Shown piece by piece: positions 47,822-56,889 of a DNA stretch of 64,000 nucleotides. Every line of letters begins with the position of its first letter. Position 1 is the first letter of the stretch. Source of the DNA: Planctomycetota bacterium (lineage in GTDB: Bacteria > Planctomycetota > UBA1135 > UBA2386); contig OZ245006.1 of assembly GCA_965223545.1 (NCBI GenBank), positions 5,632,001-5,696,000 on the forward strand. Reading direction: 5' to 3'. Below the pieces are notes generated by a model that did not search any database, had not been told where the DNA came from, and saw only the letters and a program-made list of their open reading frames with translations. Made by a program: the position numbers and the translations under genes.

Positions 47822-50314
47822 GTGGTTGTGGCGTGGCACGCCCGGTCTGCCATCGCTACGCTGCGCCACCCTGCTGTCCAAACCCACAGTCCCTTGAGCC
47901 AAGATCGAGCGGCGCCGCTGGCGGTCTACGCGGGCTTGTTCCTGACCGCGTTGTCCACGCTGATGTTCGAGATCCTGTTGACCAGGATCTTCAGCGCGAC
48001 GACCTGGTACCATTTCGCGTTCATGGCGGTGTCGGTCGCCATGTTCGGCATGACCGTCGGCGCTCTCGTGGTCTACCTGCGGCCGCAGCTCTACACGGTC
48101 GAGCGCGCGCCGGCGCAGCTGGCGACCTCGACGCTGGCGTTCGCGCTGGCGATCCCGCTGAGCTTCCTGGCGCTGCTGTGCATTCCGTTCGAGGAGTCGA
48201 TCACCGTGGTCGGCATCTTCTCGTTCGCGTTGACGTATGCGGTGATCGCGGTGCCGTTCTTGTTCAGCGGCATCGCGGTGTGCATCGCGCTGACGAAGTT
48301 CCCCCGCCAGGTGAGCTCGCTGTACGCCGCCGACCTCGCCGGCGCGGGCATCGGTTGCATCGCGCTGTTCCAGACGCTGGAGAGCACGGATGGCCGCACC
48401 GCGGTGTTGGTGGTCGCCGCGTTGGCCGCGCTCGGCGCCGCGGTCTTCGCCATCGGCGCGCGGCGGCCCGTGCTCGCGGTGGTCACCGCGCTGATCTGCG
48501 CGGGCTTGGGCTGGCTCTCCTACGACCACCACCAGCGCACGCTGCGCGGCGAGCCGCCGATCCAGTTCGTCTGGGCGAAGGGCGGCAAGACCGCACCGGT
48601 GGATTTCGAGCGCTGGAACTCGTTCTCCCGCATCACCGTGCAGAAGGTCGCCGGCCTCGAGCCGTCGCCGCCGCTCGGGTGGGGGATGAGTCCGGCGCTG
48701 CCCGACGACTACCGCATTCGGCAGTACGGACTGCTGATCGATGGCGTGGCCGGCACGCCGATCACGGAGTTCGACGGTGAAGACACCGCCCCGCTCGAGT
48801 TCCTCAAGTGGGACGTCACCAACGTCGCGCACTACCTGCGCGACGACGCGGTGGTCCTGGTGGTCGGCGTGGGCGGCGGGCGCGACCTCTTGTCGGCGCT
48901 GGTCTTCGACCAGAAGGAGGTGATCGGCGTCGAGCTCAACGACAACATCCGCTCGGTGTTGGTCGACGAATTCGGCGACTTCGCCGGCCACCTCGACCAG
49001 CACCCCAAGGTGCGCTTGGTGTCGGACGAGGCGCGCAGCTACATCGCGCGGCACGACGAGCGCTACGATTTGCTGCAGATCTCGCTGATCGACACTTGGG
49101 CCGCCACCGCTGCCGGCGCGTTCGTGTTGGCCGAGAACGCGCTCTACACGATGGAGGGCTGGGGGATCTTCCTCGATCACCTCGAGCCACAGGGGCTGCT
49201 GACGGTCTCTCGTTGGTACGGCAACTGGCCGGGCGAGCTGTACCGCATGGCCGCGCTGGCGGTGGCCGCGCTGCGCGCGCGCGGCGTCGCCGAGCCGCAC
49301 CGCCACCTGGCCGTGGTCAAGAGCGCCACCGTCGGCAACCTGATCGTCGGCCGGGATCCGCTCAGCGACGAGGATCTCGCCACCCTGGCGCGCGAGGCCG
49401 AACGCATGCAGTTCACCCTGCAGCTGCAGCGCGGCGAGAGCCCGGATCCGATCCTGCAGCAGATCGCCGTCGGCGAGGAGGTCACCGACTTCGGCACCGG
49501 GCTGCGGCTCGACCTGTCGCCGCCGACCGATGACCGGCCGTTCTTCTTCAACATGCTGCGGCTGGACGACGCCATCGAGATGTTGCGGCCGGAGGCGATC
49601 CTGGAGCGCGCGCGGCAGCCCAAACGCGCCTTGGAGGCGAACCTCAAGGCGGTGTTGATGCTGGCCGTGCTGCTCGGCGTGGTGGTGGTGCTGACTTTGC
49701 TCTGCGTCGGTCTGCCGCTGCTGCTGACGATCCGCCAAGTGCCGTGGCTGCGCGCCGGTCCGTTGTTCCTGTTCTTCGCCGCGATCGGCTTCGGCTTCAT
49801 GCTGGTGGAGCTGTCGCAGATGCACCGGCTGATTCTGTTCTTGGGGCATCCGACCTACGGTTTGACAGTGGTGCTGTTTGCGCTGCTGCTGTCGAGCGGC
49901 ATCGGCAGCCTGCTGTCGCGCCGCTTCGACGACGTCGCGCGGGCGGGGCCGCGCGTGCTGCTCGCGCTCCTCGTCCTGCTGGCCGCGTTCGGCTTCGGCA
50001 CGCCGGTGCTGGCCACGCATCTCGAGTCGGCGATCAACCCGGTGCGGATCGGCGTCGCCATCGCGCTGCTGTTTCCGCTCGGCCTGTTGATGGGCATGGC
50101 GTTCCCGCTCGGGCTGCGCCTGGCGTCGCGCCGGGCGGAGTCGCTGACGCCCTGGCTGTGGGGCGTCAACGGGGCGACCTCGGTCTGCGCCACCGTGCTC
50201 AGCACCGCGATCGCGATGATGGCCAGCATCTCGGCGGCGTTCTGGGCCGGCGTCGCGTGCTACGTCGTCGCCTTGCTGGCGTTCATTTGGGCGCGGGCTA
50301 TGGCTCCCCGATGA
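47822..50314 (+). CDS. Membrane protein with a central spermidine-synthase-like class I SAM-dependent transferase domain
   Basis: TM block with EILLTRIFS and LYAADLAGAG; WNSFSRI; VLVVGVGGGRD; VELN; DEARS; ENALYT; PTDDRPFF; C-terminal TMs with WGVNG. Start uncertain. Confidence 0.8.
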   Translation: MVVAWHARSAIATLRHPAVQTHSPLSQDRAAPLAVYAGLFLTALSTLMFEILLTRIFSATTWYHFAFMAVSVAMFGMTVGALVVYLRPQLYTVERAPAQLATSTLAFALAIPLSFLALLCIPFEESITVVGIFSFALTYAVIAVPFLFSGIAVCIALTKFPRQVSSLYAADLAGAGIGCIALFQTLESTDGRTAVLVVAALAALGAAVFAIGARRPVLAVVTALICAGLGWLSYDHHQRTLRGEPPIQFVWAKGGKTAPVDFERWNSFSRITVQKVAGLEPSPPLGWGMSPALPDDYRIRQYGLLIDGVAGTPITEFDGEDTAPLEFLKWDVTNVAHYLRDDAVVLVVGVGGGRDLLSALVFDQKEVIGVELNDNIRSVLVDEFGDFAGHLDQHPKVRLVSDEARSYIARHDERYDLLQISLIDTWAATAAGAFVLAENALYTMEGWGIFLDHLEPQGLLTVSRWYGNWPGELYRMAALAVAALRARGVAEPHRHLAVVKSATVGNLIVGRDPLSDEDLATLAREAERMQFTLQLQRGESPDPILQQIAVGEEVTDFGTGLRLDLSPPTDDRPFFFNMLRLDDAIEMLRPEAILERARQPKRALEANLKAVLMLAVLLGVVVVLTLLCVGLPLLLTIRQVPWLRAGPLFLFFAAIGFGFMLVELSQMHRLILFLGHPTYGLTVVLFALLLSSGIGSLLSRRFDDVARAGPRVLLALLVLLAAFGFGTPVLATHLESAINPVRIGVAIALLFPLGLLMGMAFPLGLRLASRRAESLTPWLWGVNGATSVCATVLSTAIAMMASISAAFWAGVACYVVALLAFIWARAMAPR

Positions 50315-52217
50315 ACGTCGCGTAGTCCTCGCCCAGCTCGAGCCAGACCCAGTCCGCTGCGTGGTGCGTGGCGGCAAACGCGGGCGGCAAGCCGGCGCGT
50401 TCGGTGACCAGCGTGCCGCCCTCGATCAGCACCGGCATGCGCAGGCTCAGATCGATGGCGGCCGGCAGCACGAGGTCGGTGGCCACGAACCGGTTCTCGC
50501 CGGTCTCCGCGCGCAGCCAGTCCGCGATCGCCACGCGGCCGCCGTCGGTCTCGGCATCGGCGCCGTTGTCGCAGATCGCGGTCACGTAGCCGCCGGCCGA
50601 GAACAGACTGATGCGGTAGCTCGGCGCGCGCGGCGCGCCCAGCACGAACGCCGGCGCCACTGCGCCGCCGTGGATCGCGGTCAGGGCGTTCGCGTCCAGT
50701 ACCATGGCCTGCTCGAGCCGCGCCTCGAAGGTCGGCCGGCGCTCCGGTGGCAGCAGGCCGACGCCGGTGCCGCCGCGCAGCAGGCTCAGGGTGGCGCCGA
50801 ACGGCAAGCCGCGGCGTTCGCCGTAGGCGAGCTGGTTTGCGCGCGCGCTCGGATCGAGGGGCCGCAGTGCGTAGGTCGCGTGGCGTCCGTCGCCGAACGG
50901 TGGCTGCAGCAGCCGGTCGACGCCGACGTGGAACAGCACGGTCGTGTTCTTCTCGTTGCCGCGCGGCAGGCCCCAGATCAGCACCGGTCCGGGGTCGAGC
51001 GTGGCCGCCTCGGCGGAGATGAAGCGGTGCGTGCGTTCGGCCGCGGTGAACGACTCCGCGTAGTCCGCGCGCAGCTCGAGGTGCGCGGCCGCGGTGAGTG
51101 CCAGCGCCGGCAGTGCCGTCCACCAACCGCCGCCGGCCAGCACCACGGCGACCGGCGCCAACGGCAGGCTGAACAGCCGTGCGTTGTGGGCGTAGTCGGC
51201 GCCGGACCACAGCGTCGCCGAGGGGGCCACGCTGCAGAGATACAGCGCGAGCAGTCCCGGCAGCGACCAGGCACCGAAGCGTCGCAGCAGCAAGAAGGCG
51301 CCGATCACCGCGGGGGCCGCCCCGAGCCACCACCAGTCGAGGGTCTCGGGCGGGATCCCCAGCTGGGCGGTCGCGTCCTCGGTGCACAGAGCAGCTGGGT
51401 TGAGCAAGCGGCCGGTCCAACGCGCCAACCCCCACACGGCGTCGACGGGCTGCCAGCTCGCCGCGGTGTAGCCGCCGACGAAGCGGTCGAACAGGGCGAG
51501 CCGTAGGGCGAAGTAGGCGCCGACCACCAGTGCCAGCGGAACCGCGGCGATGAGACCCGCCCGCCAGCGCCGCGCTTCGGCTGCCGAAAACGCCAGCAGA
51601 GCCGCGGCGGCCGGGGCGACCACGGCGATTTCCTTGCAGCACAGCGCCAGCGCCAGCGCCAGCGGCGCGATCCAATGACCCCGTCGCGCGCCGTCCGCGG
51701 CGCGGACCACGCACCACAGACACAGCAACAGCCACGGCTCGCAGAAGCCGGCCGTGCGGCCCGAGGCCCACAGCACGACGCCGGCGTGGATCGCCGAGGT
51801 GCCCCACAAGAGGCCGGCGGCGAAACCGACCGCACTGCCGAAGAAGCGCGCCGCCAGCTTGCCGAGCAGCATTGCCGAGAGCCCGCAGCACACCGCGTTG
51901 GTGAAGTGCGACAGCCACGGGTTGGCGCCAGCGGCCAGCTGCTCCAGCGCGAAGCCCAAGCTGACCAGCGGCCGGTAGAACCAGACCGCGCCGCGCGCGT
52001 CACACCAGTTGTCGGCGAAGTCGCCGGCGGCGCGGCCCAGCTCCGTGCTGTGGTGGAGGATGACCCAGTCGTCGGACAGCCAATAGGTCGAGAGTGGCCA
52101 CCACGCCGCGGTGACCAGCACCATGAGCAGCCACGGCCAGCGCAGCCGCGGCGGCTCGCTCGGCTCGCGGTCGAAGCCGTACGACGGGGGCGGGTAGAGC
52201 GGCGAGGTCCAGCTCAA
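50298..52217 (-). CDS. GT-C-fold membrane glycosyltransferase-like protein
   Basis: First loop YWLSDDW, FYRPL, H..N, W.SGR, ALCCKE. Start placed at TTG 52217 because the longer ORF overlaps fabZ. Confidence 0.7.
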   Translation of the reverse strand: MSWTSPLYPPPSYGFDREPSEPPRLRWPWLLMVLVTAAWWPLSTYWLSDDWVILHHSTELGRAAGDFADNWCDARGAVWFYRPLVSLGFALEQLAAGANPWLSHFTNAVCCGLSAMLLGKLAARFFGSAVGFAAGLLWGTSAIHAGVVLWASGRTAGFCEPWLLLCLWCVVRAADGARRGHWIAPLALALALCCKEIAVVAPAAAALLAFSAAEARRWRAGLIAAVPLALVVGAYFALRLALFDRFVGGYTAASWQPVDAVWGLARWTGRLLNPAALCTEDATAQLGIPPETLDWWWLGAAPAVIGAFLLLRRFGAWSLPGLLALYLCSVAPSATLWSGADYAHNARLFSLPLAPVAVVLAGGGWWTALPALALTAAAHLELRADYAESFTAAERTHRFISAEAATLDPGPVLIWGLPRGNEKNTTVLFHVGVDRLLQPPFGDGRHATYALRPLDPSARANQLAYGERRGLPFGATLSLLRGGTGVGLLPPERRPTFEARLEQAMVLDANALTAIHGGAVAPAFVLGAPRAPSYRISLFSAGGYVTAICDNGADAETDGGRVAIADWLRAETGENRFVATDLVLPAAIDLSLRMPVLIEGGTLVTERAGLPPAFAATHHAADWVWLELGEDYATFIGEP

Positions 52218-52240
52218 GGTGTCATGCCATGCCTGCGCCC

Positions 52241-52720
52241 TCAGATCGGGACGCCCATCAGCTCCATCTCGAACACCATCTTGTTGTCGACGAACGCCTG
52301 CGCCGGATAGCGCGCGATCCGATTGTTCTGCAGCCCGATCTTGGCGACGAAGTGGACGCGGCACGGCGGCGTCACCACTCCGCGGAAGCGGGCACCATCG
52401 ACGCCCGCCAGACCGATGAAGCGCTCGGGCGGCCAACCGCCGTGCTTGCGCTTCATCAGCAGCGCCGACACCTGCGCGCAGCCCTCGATCATCAGGACGC
52501 CGGGCATGATCGGGCGGCCCGGGATGTGGCCGCGGCCCCACCAGGGGTTGGCGTCCCAGTCCTTGTAGCCGACGACGATCTCCTCCTCGAGGTCGAGGAA
52601 GCAGATGCCGTCGATCAGCTTGAACTCGTGATCGTGCGGCAACTGAACGCGCAGCTCCTCCTCGGTGACCAAGTCCTCGGTGAGATTGAGCTGGCTGAGG
52701 TCGACGAGCGGACGCTGCAT
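52241..52720 (-). CDS. fabZ: 3-hydroxyacyl-ACP dehydratase (FabZ/FabA hotdog fold)
   Basis: LPH..EF.LID, GHIPGRPIMPGVLMIEGCAQ, ARFRG.V.P. Confidence 0.8.
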   Translation of the reverse strand: MQRPLVDLSQLNLTEDLVTEEELRVQLPHDHEFKLIDGICFLDLEEEIVVGYKDWDANPWWGRGHIPGRPIMPGVLMIEGCAQVSALLMKRKHGGWPPERFIGLAGVDGARFRGVVTPPCRVHFVAKIGLQNNRIARYPAQAFVDNKMVFEMELMGVPI

Positions 52721-52815
52721 TTGGGCCAAGAGCTTAGCCGCGCAGCCCCGCGCCCTCCAGCCGCCGCTGCCGGCGAAGCGCTTCTCGCCGCCCCCGCGCG
52801 CGGGCCGCGGCGCGG

Positions 52816-53895
52816 TCAGCGGGTCGGCCGCAGGATGATGTGCACCGGCTCGGGCAGCTTGCCCTCGGCGATCGTCACCCGGCGCGTCACCGGGCCGAAG
52901 CGGTCGGCGCGCACGTCGAGCTGGTACGAGCCGTCGAGGACGTTGTCGAGGTGGCACACGCCGCCCCAGTTGGTGGTGCCCTCGTACTCGCGCAGCTGGA
53001 GCGAATCGGTGGCGAGCAGCTTGACCGAGGCGCCCTCGATGCCGCGCAGGCCGAACTCGACCCGCACCTCCAGCTGCTTGCCGGTGTGCACTTCGACCGT
53101 GGTGCTGCGCACGCCGGCGTGCATCTGCACGTGGACGCGCTGCGGGTCGTTCATCGGCGCGTTGAGGCTGCCCACGCGCACGTCGTAATCGCCGCTGAGC
53201 ACGGTCTCGAATACGGCGGAGCCGAAGCCATCGGTCTGCTCCCGCAGTGTGCGCCGCCCGCGCGGCTCGCCGACCGGCACCAGGAACACAGGCCGCTCGG
53301 TCACCGGCAGCCGGCGCTGATCGCGGAGCAGCACGCTGAACGGAATGCCCTCGGTGATCGCCAAGGTGACGTCGGCGATCGGCTGCTCGGGCGTTGGCCG
53401 GGCGAACTGGCGGCTGCCGTTCACACCCTCCGCCCACGCGCGCACCATGTAGCCATACTCCGAGAATGGAATGTCGCCGTACGTGAACTCGGGCGTGCGC
53501 CGGCCGAGCTCGAGCACGTGGGTGCGGGCGTAGGCGGCTTCCGGCGGATCCCCCGGGCCGGCGATCGCTTCCTCGATGGTGACGTAGATCGACCGCAGCT
53601 TGCCGACCACCTCGGCGGACAGGGCGACGTGTCCCCGAATGGTGGCGCTGGTCGCGTCCGCGGCCTGTTGGCGCAGCGGTTCTGGCGTCGTCTCCTCGGC
53701 GGCAAGGGCTGCCGGCGCGGTGCGGTCATCGCTGAGCGGAGTGCTCTCCTCCGCCGGCTCCGCCGCCGCCACCGGCCCCATCGCGACCGGCAGCGGCTCG
53801 CGCTGGCTGCTGCCGAACGCGTCGGCGCCGACCCAGGCCGCGGCGGCGCAGAGGGCTGCGCCCGCGCCGAGCAGGATGAGGTGCTTGGGGTTCAC
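52816..53895 (-). CDS. Membrane-anchored protein with carboxypeptidase-regulatory-like repeats
   Basis: N-terminal TM; TDGFGSAVFETVLSGDYDV and TNWGGVCHLDNVLDGSYQL repeats. Confidence 0.75.
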   Translation of the reverse strand: MNPKHLILLGAGAALCAAAAWVGADAFGSSQREPLPVAMGPVAAAEPAEESTPLSDDRTAPAALAAEETTPEPLRQQAADATSATIRGHVALSAEVVGKLRSIYVTIEEAIAGPGDPPEAAYARTHVLELGRRTPEFTYGDIPFSEYGYMVRAWAEGVNGSRQFARPTPEQPIADVTLAITEGIPFSVLLRDQRRLPVTERPVFLVPVGEPRGRRTLREQTDGFGSAVFETVLSGDYDVRVGSLNAPMNDPQRVHVQMHAGVRSTTVEVHTGKQLEVRVEFGLRGIEGASVKLLATDSLQLREYEGTTNWGGVCHLDNVLDGSYQLDVRADRFGPVTRRVTIAEGKLPEPVHIILRPTR

Positions 53896-54061
53896 GATCG
53901 TGATCTCGCGGAGAGGGGGACTGGGGAATAGTAACCCGCCGGTGCCGAGTCACCGCCGCGGTCGGCGGTGCCGCGGCGCGGACCCCTCGGTGCCATTGCG
54001 TGCTTCGCCGCCCGTGATGGGCAAAACCGACCCGCGCGCGGGAACTGCCGTCCGAGCGCGC

Positions 54062-54067
54062 TACAAT
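54062..54067 (+). promoter_or_regulatory. Candidate sigma70 -10 element of the GTPase operon
   Basis: TACAAT ends 19 nt before the ATG at 54087; no clear -35. Confidence 0.35.
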
Positions 54068-54086
54068 TCTCCCGCTCCCCGCTCCC

Positions 54087-54590
54087 ATGGCCGCCGCCGA
54101 TCCGCTCCCGCCAGATCCCTCCGCGCCCCGGCCCCGTCTCGAGCCGTCCGGTGGGGGATTGCCCGGGGACGACGAGCTGGCGCGGATCCGTGAGATCCTG
54201 GTCGGGGCGGCGCTGCGCCAGGTGAACGCGCGCTGCACGGTCTTGGCCGACCAGCTCGACGCCGGCCTGCGCGCGCTACGCGAGGACGTCGACCAGCGGT
54301 TGCGCCGCCTGGAGACGTCCGTCGAGCAGCGCTTGACGCAGCGCGACCGGGATCGGCAGGCCGTCGACGAGCGCGTGCGCGGTGAGCTGGCCGATCTGCG
54401 CGCCGCCTGGCGGCGCGAGCTCGAGGCCACGACCGAGCGCCTCGGCCGAGACGCGGCCTCCGCGATCGACGGGCTCCGGTCGCAAACGCTGGGGCGCGCC
54501 GATCTCGCCGCATTGCTGGCCGAGCTCGGCCAGCGGCTGGGCGACCGCGGCGACGAGGCCTCCGCCCGTGGAGAGCCCGGTGAGCGCTGA
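54087..54590 (+). CDS. Coiled-coil protein, first gene of the Rab-like GTPase operon
   Basis: ELARIREILVG, long heptad region, C-terminal R..LAALLAELG..L; 11-nt overlap with the next gene. Confidence 0.8.
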   Translation: MAAADPLPPDPSAPRPRLEPSGGGLPGDDELARIREILVGAALRQVNARCTVLADQLDAGLRALREDVDQRLRRLETSVEQRLTQRDRDRQAVDERVRGELADLRAAWRRELEATTERLGRDAASAIDGLRSQTLGRADLAALLAELGQRLGDRGDEASARGEPGER

Positions 54591-56274
54591 ACGCAACGGG
54601 GCGGGTGGGGTCCCGCCGGCCGAGCTGGCCGAGCTCCGCCGCCTTCTCTTCGGCAAGGAGCACGAGGGGCTCGATGAGCTGCGCGCGCGGTTCGGCGATC
54701 GGGAGCGGTTCGCGGAGGAGTTGGCGGGGCTCTTGCCGGAGCTGTTGGCGCGCCGCGAGCAGCCCGACGCGCGCCTCGGTCGCGCCCTGTCGCCGACCTT
54801 CGAGATGCTGCTGCGGGAGTCCGCCCGCCGCCATCCGGAGGTGATGCGCGACGCGGTGTTCCCGATTCTCGGGCCCGCGATCCGCAAGGCGGTCAGCGCG
54901 GCGATCGCCGGGTTGGCGCAATCGATCAATCGCACCCTCGAGGAGACGGTGTCGGTGCGCTCGATGCGGTGGCGCTTCCAGGCGTGGCGCACCGGCCGGT
55001 CGTTCTCCGACATCGTGCTGCTGCACAGCCTGCTCTACCGGGTCGAGCAGGTGTTCTTGGTTCACCGCGAGAGCGGTCTACTGCTGGCGCACGTGTCCGC
55101 GCAGGACGCGCCGCCGACCGCCCCCGACTTGGTCTCGGGAATGGTGACGGCGATCGGCGACTTCGCGCGCGACTCGCTTGGCTCCGGCGATGGCGAGCTG
55201 TCCAGCTTCCGCGTCGGCGACTTGACCATGCTCGTCGAGGGCGGGCCGCATGCCGTCGTCTGCGTCGCGGTGCGCGGCGTGCCGCCGGGCGACCTGCAGG
55301 CGCTGTTGGTGGAGACCGTCGAAGACGTGCACCGCGAGCTCGCCTCACCCCTGGCGGCCTTCGACGGCGACGCCACGGCGTTTCGCCGTGCCGAGCCGCT
55401 GCTCGAGCGATGCCTGCGCCAGCAACGCCGCCCGACGCGGCGCAGCCCGGTGGGTTGGGTGCTGATGGGCTCCGCCGCCGCGGCGCTCGTGGTGGGAGCG
55501 GTTTGGTGGTGGAGCCAGCGCTCCGCGCGCGACGCGCTGTGGCAGTCCTACCTGGAGCGGGTCGCGCAGGAGCCTGGCCTCCTGGTGGTCGACCAGCAGC
55601 GCGACGCCGGTGTCTATCGCTTGGTCGGGCTGGCCGATCCGCTGGCCGCCGATCCCGCGCAGCTGCTCGCCGACGCCGGTCTCGACCCGGCGCGGGTGTC
55701 GATGCGTTGGGAGCCGTACGCGGCGGCGGCATTCTTGTCGGCGCGGGCTCGCCGATTGCTCGAGGTGCCCGACAGCGTGCGGCTCGACGTGCGCGGCCAG
55801 ACCCTGGTGCTCACCGGCCACGCCGCGCCGCAGTGGGTCGCGGAGGCCGAGCGGCGCGCCCCGCTGCTCGGTGCGACCGACGTCGACAGCAGTGGTCTGG
55901 TGAGCGTCGATCTCGACGAGCTGCGCGTCTACCAAAAACGCGCCAACGCCCTGGTGCCCGCGTTCGGCGACGGCGTGACGGTTCTCGACTACGAGCGGCT
56001 ACGGCCGGTGGCCGATCTGTTGGCAGCCGCCGAGCGCTTGGCTCGTCAGGCCGGTGGCGGGCTCGCCGTAACTGTGTCGGGCTATGGCGACACCGGTGAC
56101 GCCGAGGCCGTCGCGTTGGTCACCGCGCGGCGGCGGGCAAACTTCGTGCGGCGCACCTTGGAGGAGTTGGTCGAATGGTCGGCAACCGTCTTCGAAGCGG
56201 AGGCGCGCGGCGATTTCGGCGGCGCGGGCAGCGTGCGGTTCGAGCTGCAATGGCGAGCGGAGGCCGGGCGGTGA
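54580..56274 (+). CDS. Membrane protein: helical N-terminus, longin-like domain, TM, BON-like region, degenerate OmpA-like domain
   Basis: YRVEQVFLVHRESGLLL...DLVSGMVTAIGDFARDS; TM at about 55450-55515; VTVSGYGD...RRANFVRRTL. GTG start at 54580. Confidence 0.8.
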   Translation: MSAERNGAGGVPPAELAELRRLLFGKEHEGLDELRARFGDRERFAEELAGLLPELLARREQPDARLGRALSPTFEMLLRESARRHPEVMRDAVFPILGPAIRKAVSAAIAGLAQSINRTLEETVSVRSMRWRFQAWRTGRSFSDIVLLHSLLYRVEQVFLVHRESGLLLAHVSAQDAPPTAPDLVSGMVTAIGDFARDSLGSGDGELSSFRVGDLTMLVEGGPHAVVCVAVRGVPPGDLQALLVETVEDVHRELASPLAAFDGDATAFRRAEPLLERCLRQQRRPTRRSPVGWVLMGSAAAALVVGAVWWWSQRSARDALWQSYLERVAQEPGLLVVDQQRDAGVYRLVGLADPLAADPAQLLADAGLDPARVSMRWEPYAAAAFLSARARRLLEVPDSVRLDVRGQTLVLTGHAAPQWVAEAERRAPLLGATDVDSSGLVSVDLDELRVYQKRANALVPAFGDGVTVLDYERLRPVADLLAAAERLARQAGGGLAVTVSGYGDTGDAEAVALVTARRRANFVRRTLEELVEWSATVFEAEARGDFGGAGSVRFELQWRAEAGR

Positions 56275-56771
56275 AGCAGCTGAAAGTGTGCATGCTCGGC
56301 GCATACGCCGTCGGCAAGACCAGTCTCGTCTCTCGCTTCGTGGCCGGCGTGTTCTCCGAGCGCTACATCACCACGATCGGCGTCAAGATCGACCGCAAGG
56401 ACGTCGTCGTCGCCGATCACCACGTGCGGCTCGTGCTCTGGGACATCAACGGCGAGGATCGCTTCATCAAAGTGCAGCCGTCCTATGTCAAGGGCGCCAG
56501 TGCCTGTCTGCTGGTGGCGGACCCGACCCGCGGGGTGACGCTCGACGTGGTCGAGGACCTGCGCCGCCGTGCCCGCGATCACGCCGGCGACGTTCCCATG
56601 CAGGTCGTGCTCAACAAGCACGACCTGCTCGATGCCTGGGCCTTCGACGAGGATGCGGCGCGGGCCCGGTTCGGCGACCTCGAGGTGTGCACCACCAGCG
56701 CCAAGACCGGCGCCGGGGTCGAGGACATGTTCTGCGGGCTCGCGCGGCACTGCGTCGGCGGCGTGGGCTGA
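56271..56771 (+). CDS. Rab-like small GTPase (Ras superfamily)
   Basis: G1 GAYAVGKT, G2 TTIGV, G3 WDING, G4 NKHD, G5 TSAK; GTGA overlap with the upstream gene. Confidence 0.92.
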   Translation: MKQLKVCMLGAYAVGKTSLVSRFVAGVFSERYITTIGVKIDRKDVVVADHHVRLVLWDINGEDRFIKVQPSYVKGASACLLVADPTRGVTLDVVEDLRRRARDHAGDVPMQVVLNKHDLLDAWAFDEDAARARFGDLEVCTTSAKTGAGVEDMFCGLARHCVGGVG

Positions 56772-56889
56772 AGCGAATGCGGCGGTCGCGGCGCCGCGAA
56801 TCGCCCGCTCAATCGGATTGGTACTGGCCGGCGCGGCCGATGGGCCGTAGGCACGGCGTCCCCTTCTCTTTTCCGAGGCGTACTGGTCC

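Noticed and set aside
52218..53437. Long N-terminal extensions on the GT-C ORF (to 52541) and the fabZ ORF (to 53437), suggesting fusions or frameshifts
   Set aside because: The extensions are low-complexity read-through of neighbouring genes in other frames; each gene is complete on its own.
56748..56771. C-terminal Cys of the GTPase (HCVGGVG) as a prenylation signal
   Set aside because: Does not fit CC, CXC or CaaX, and no prenyltransferase is in view.
54087..56771. Eukaryotic contamination or recent transfer as the source of the Rab-like gene
   Set aside because: No introns, overlapping bacterial operon structure, and GC and codon style matching the neighbours.
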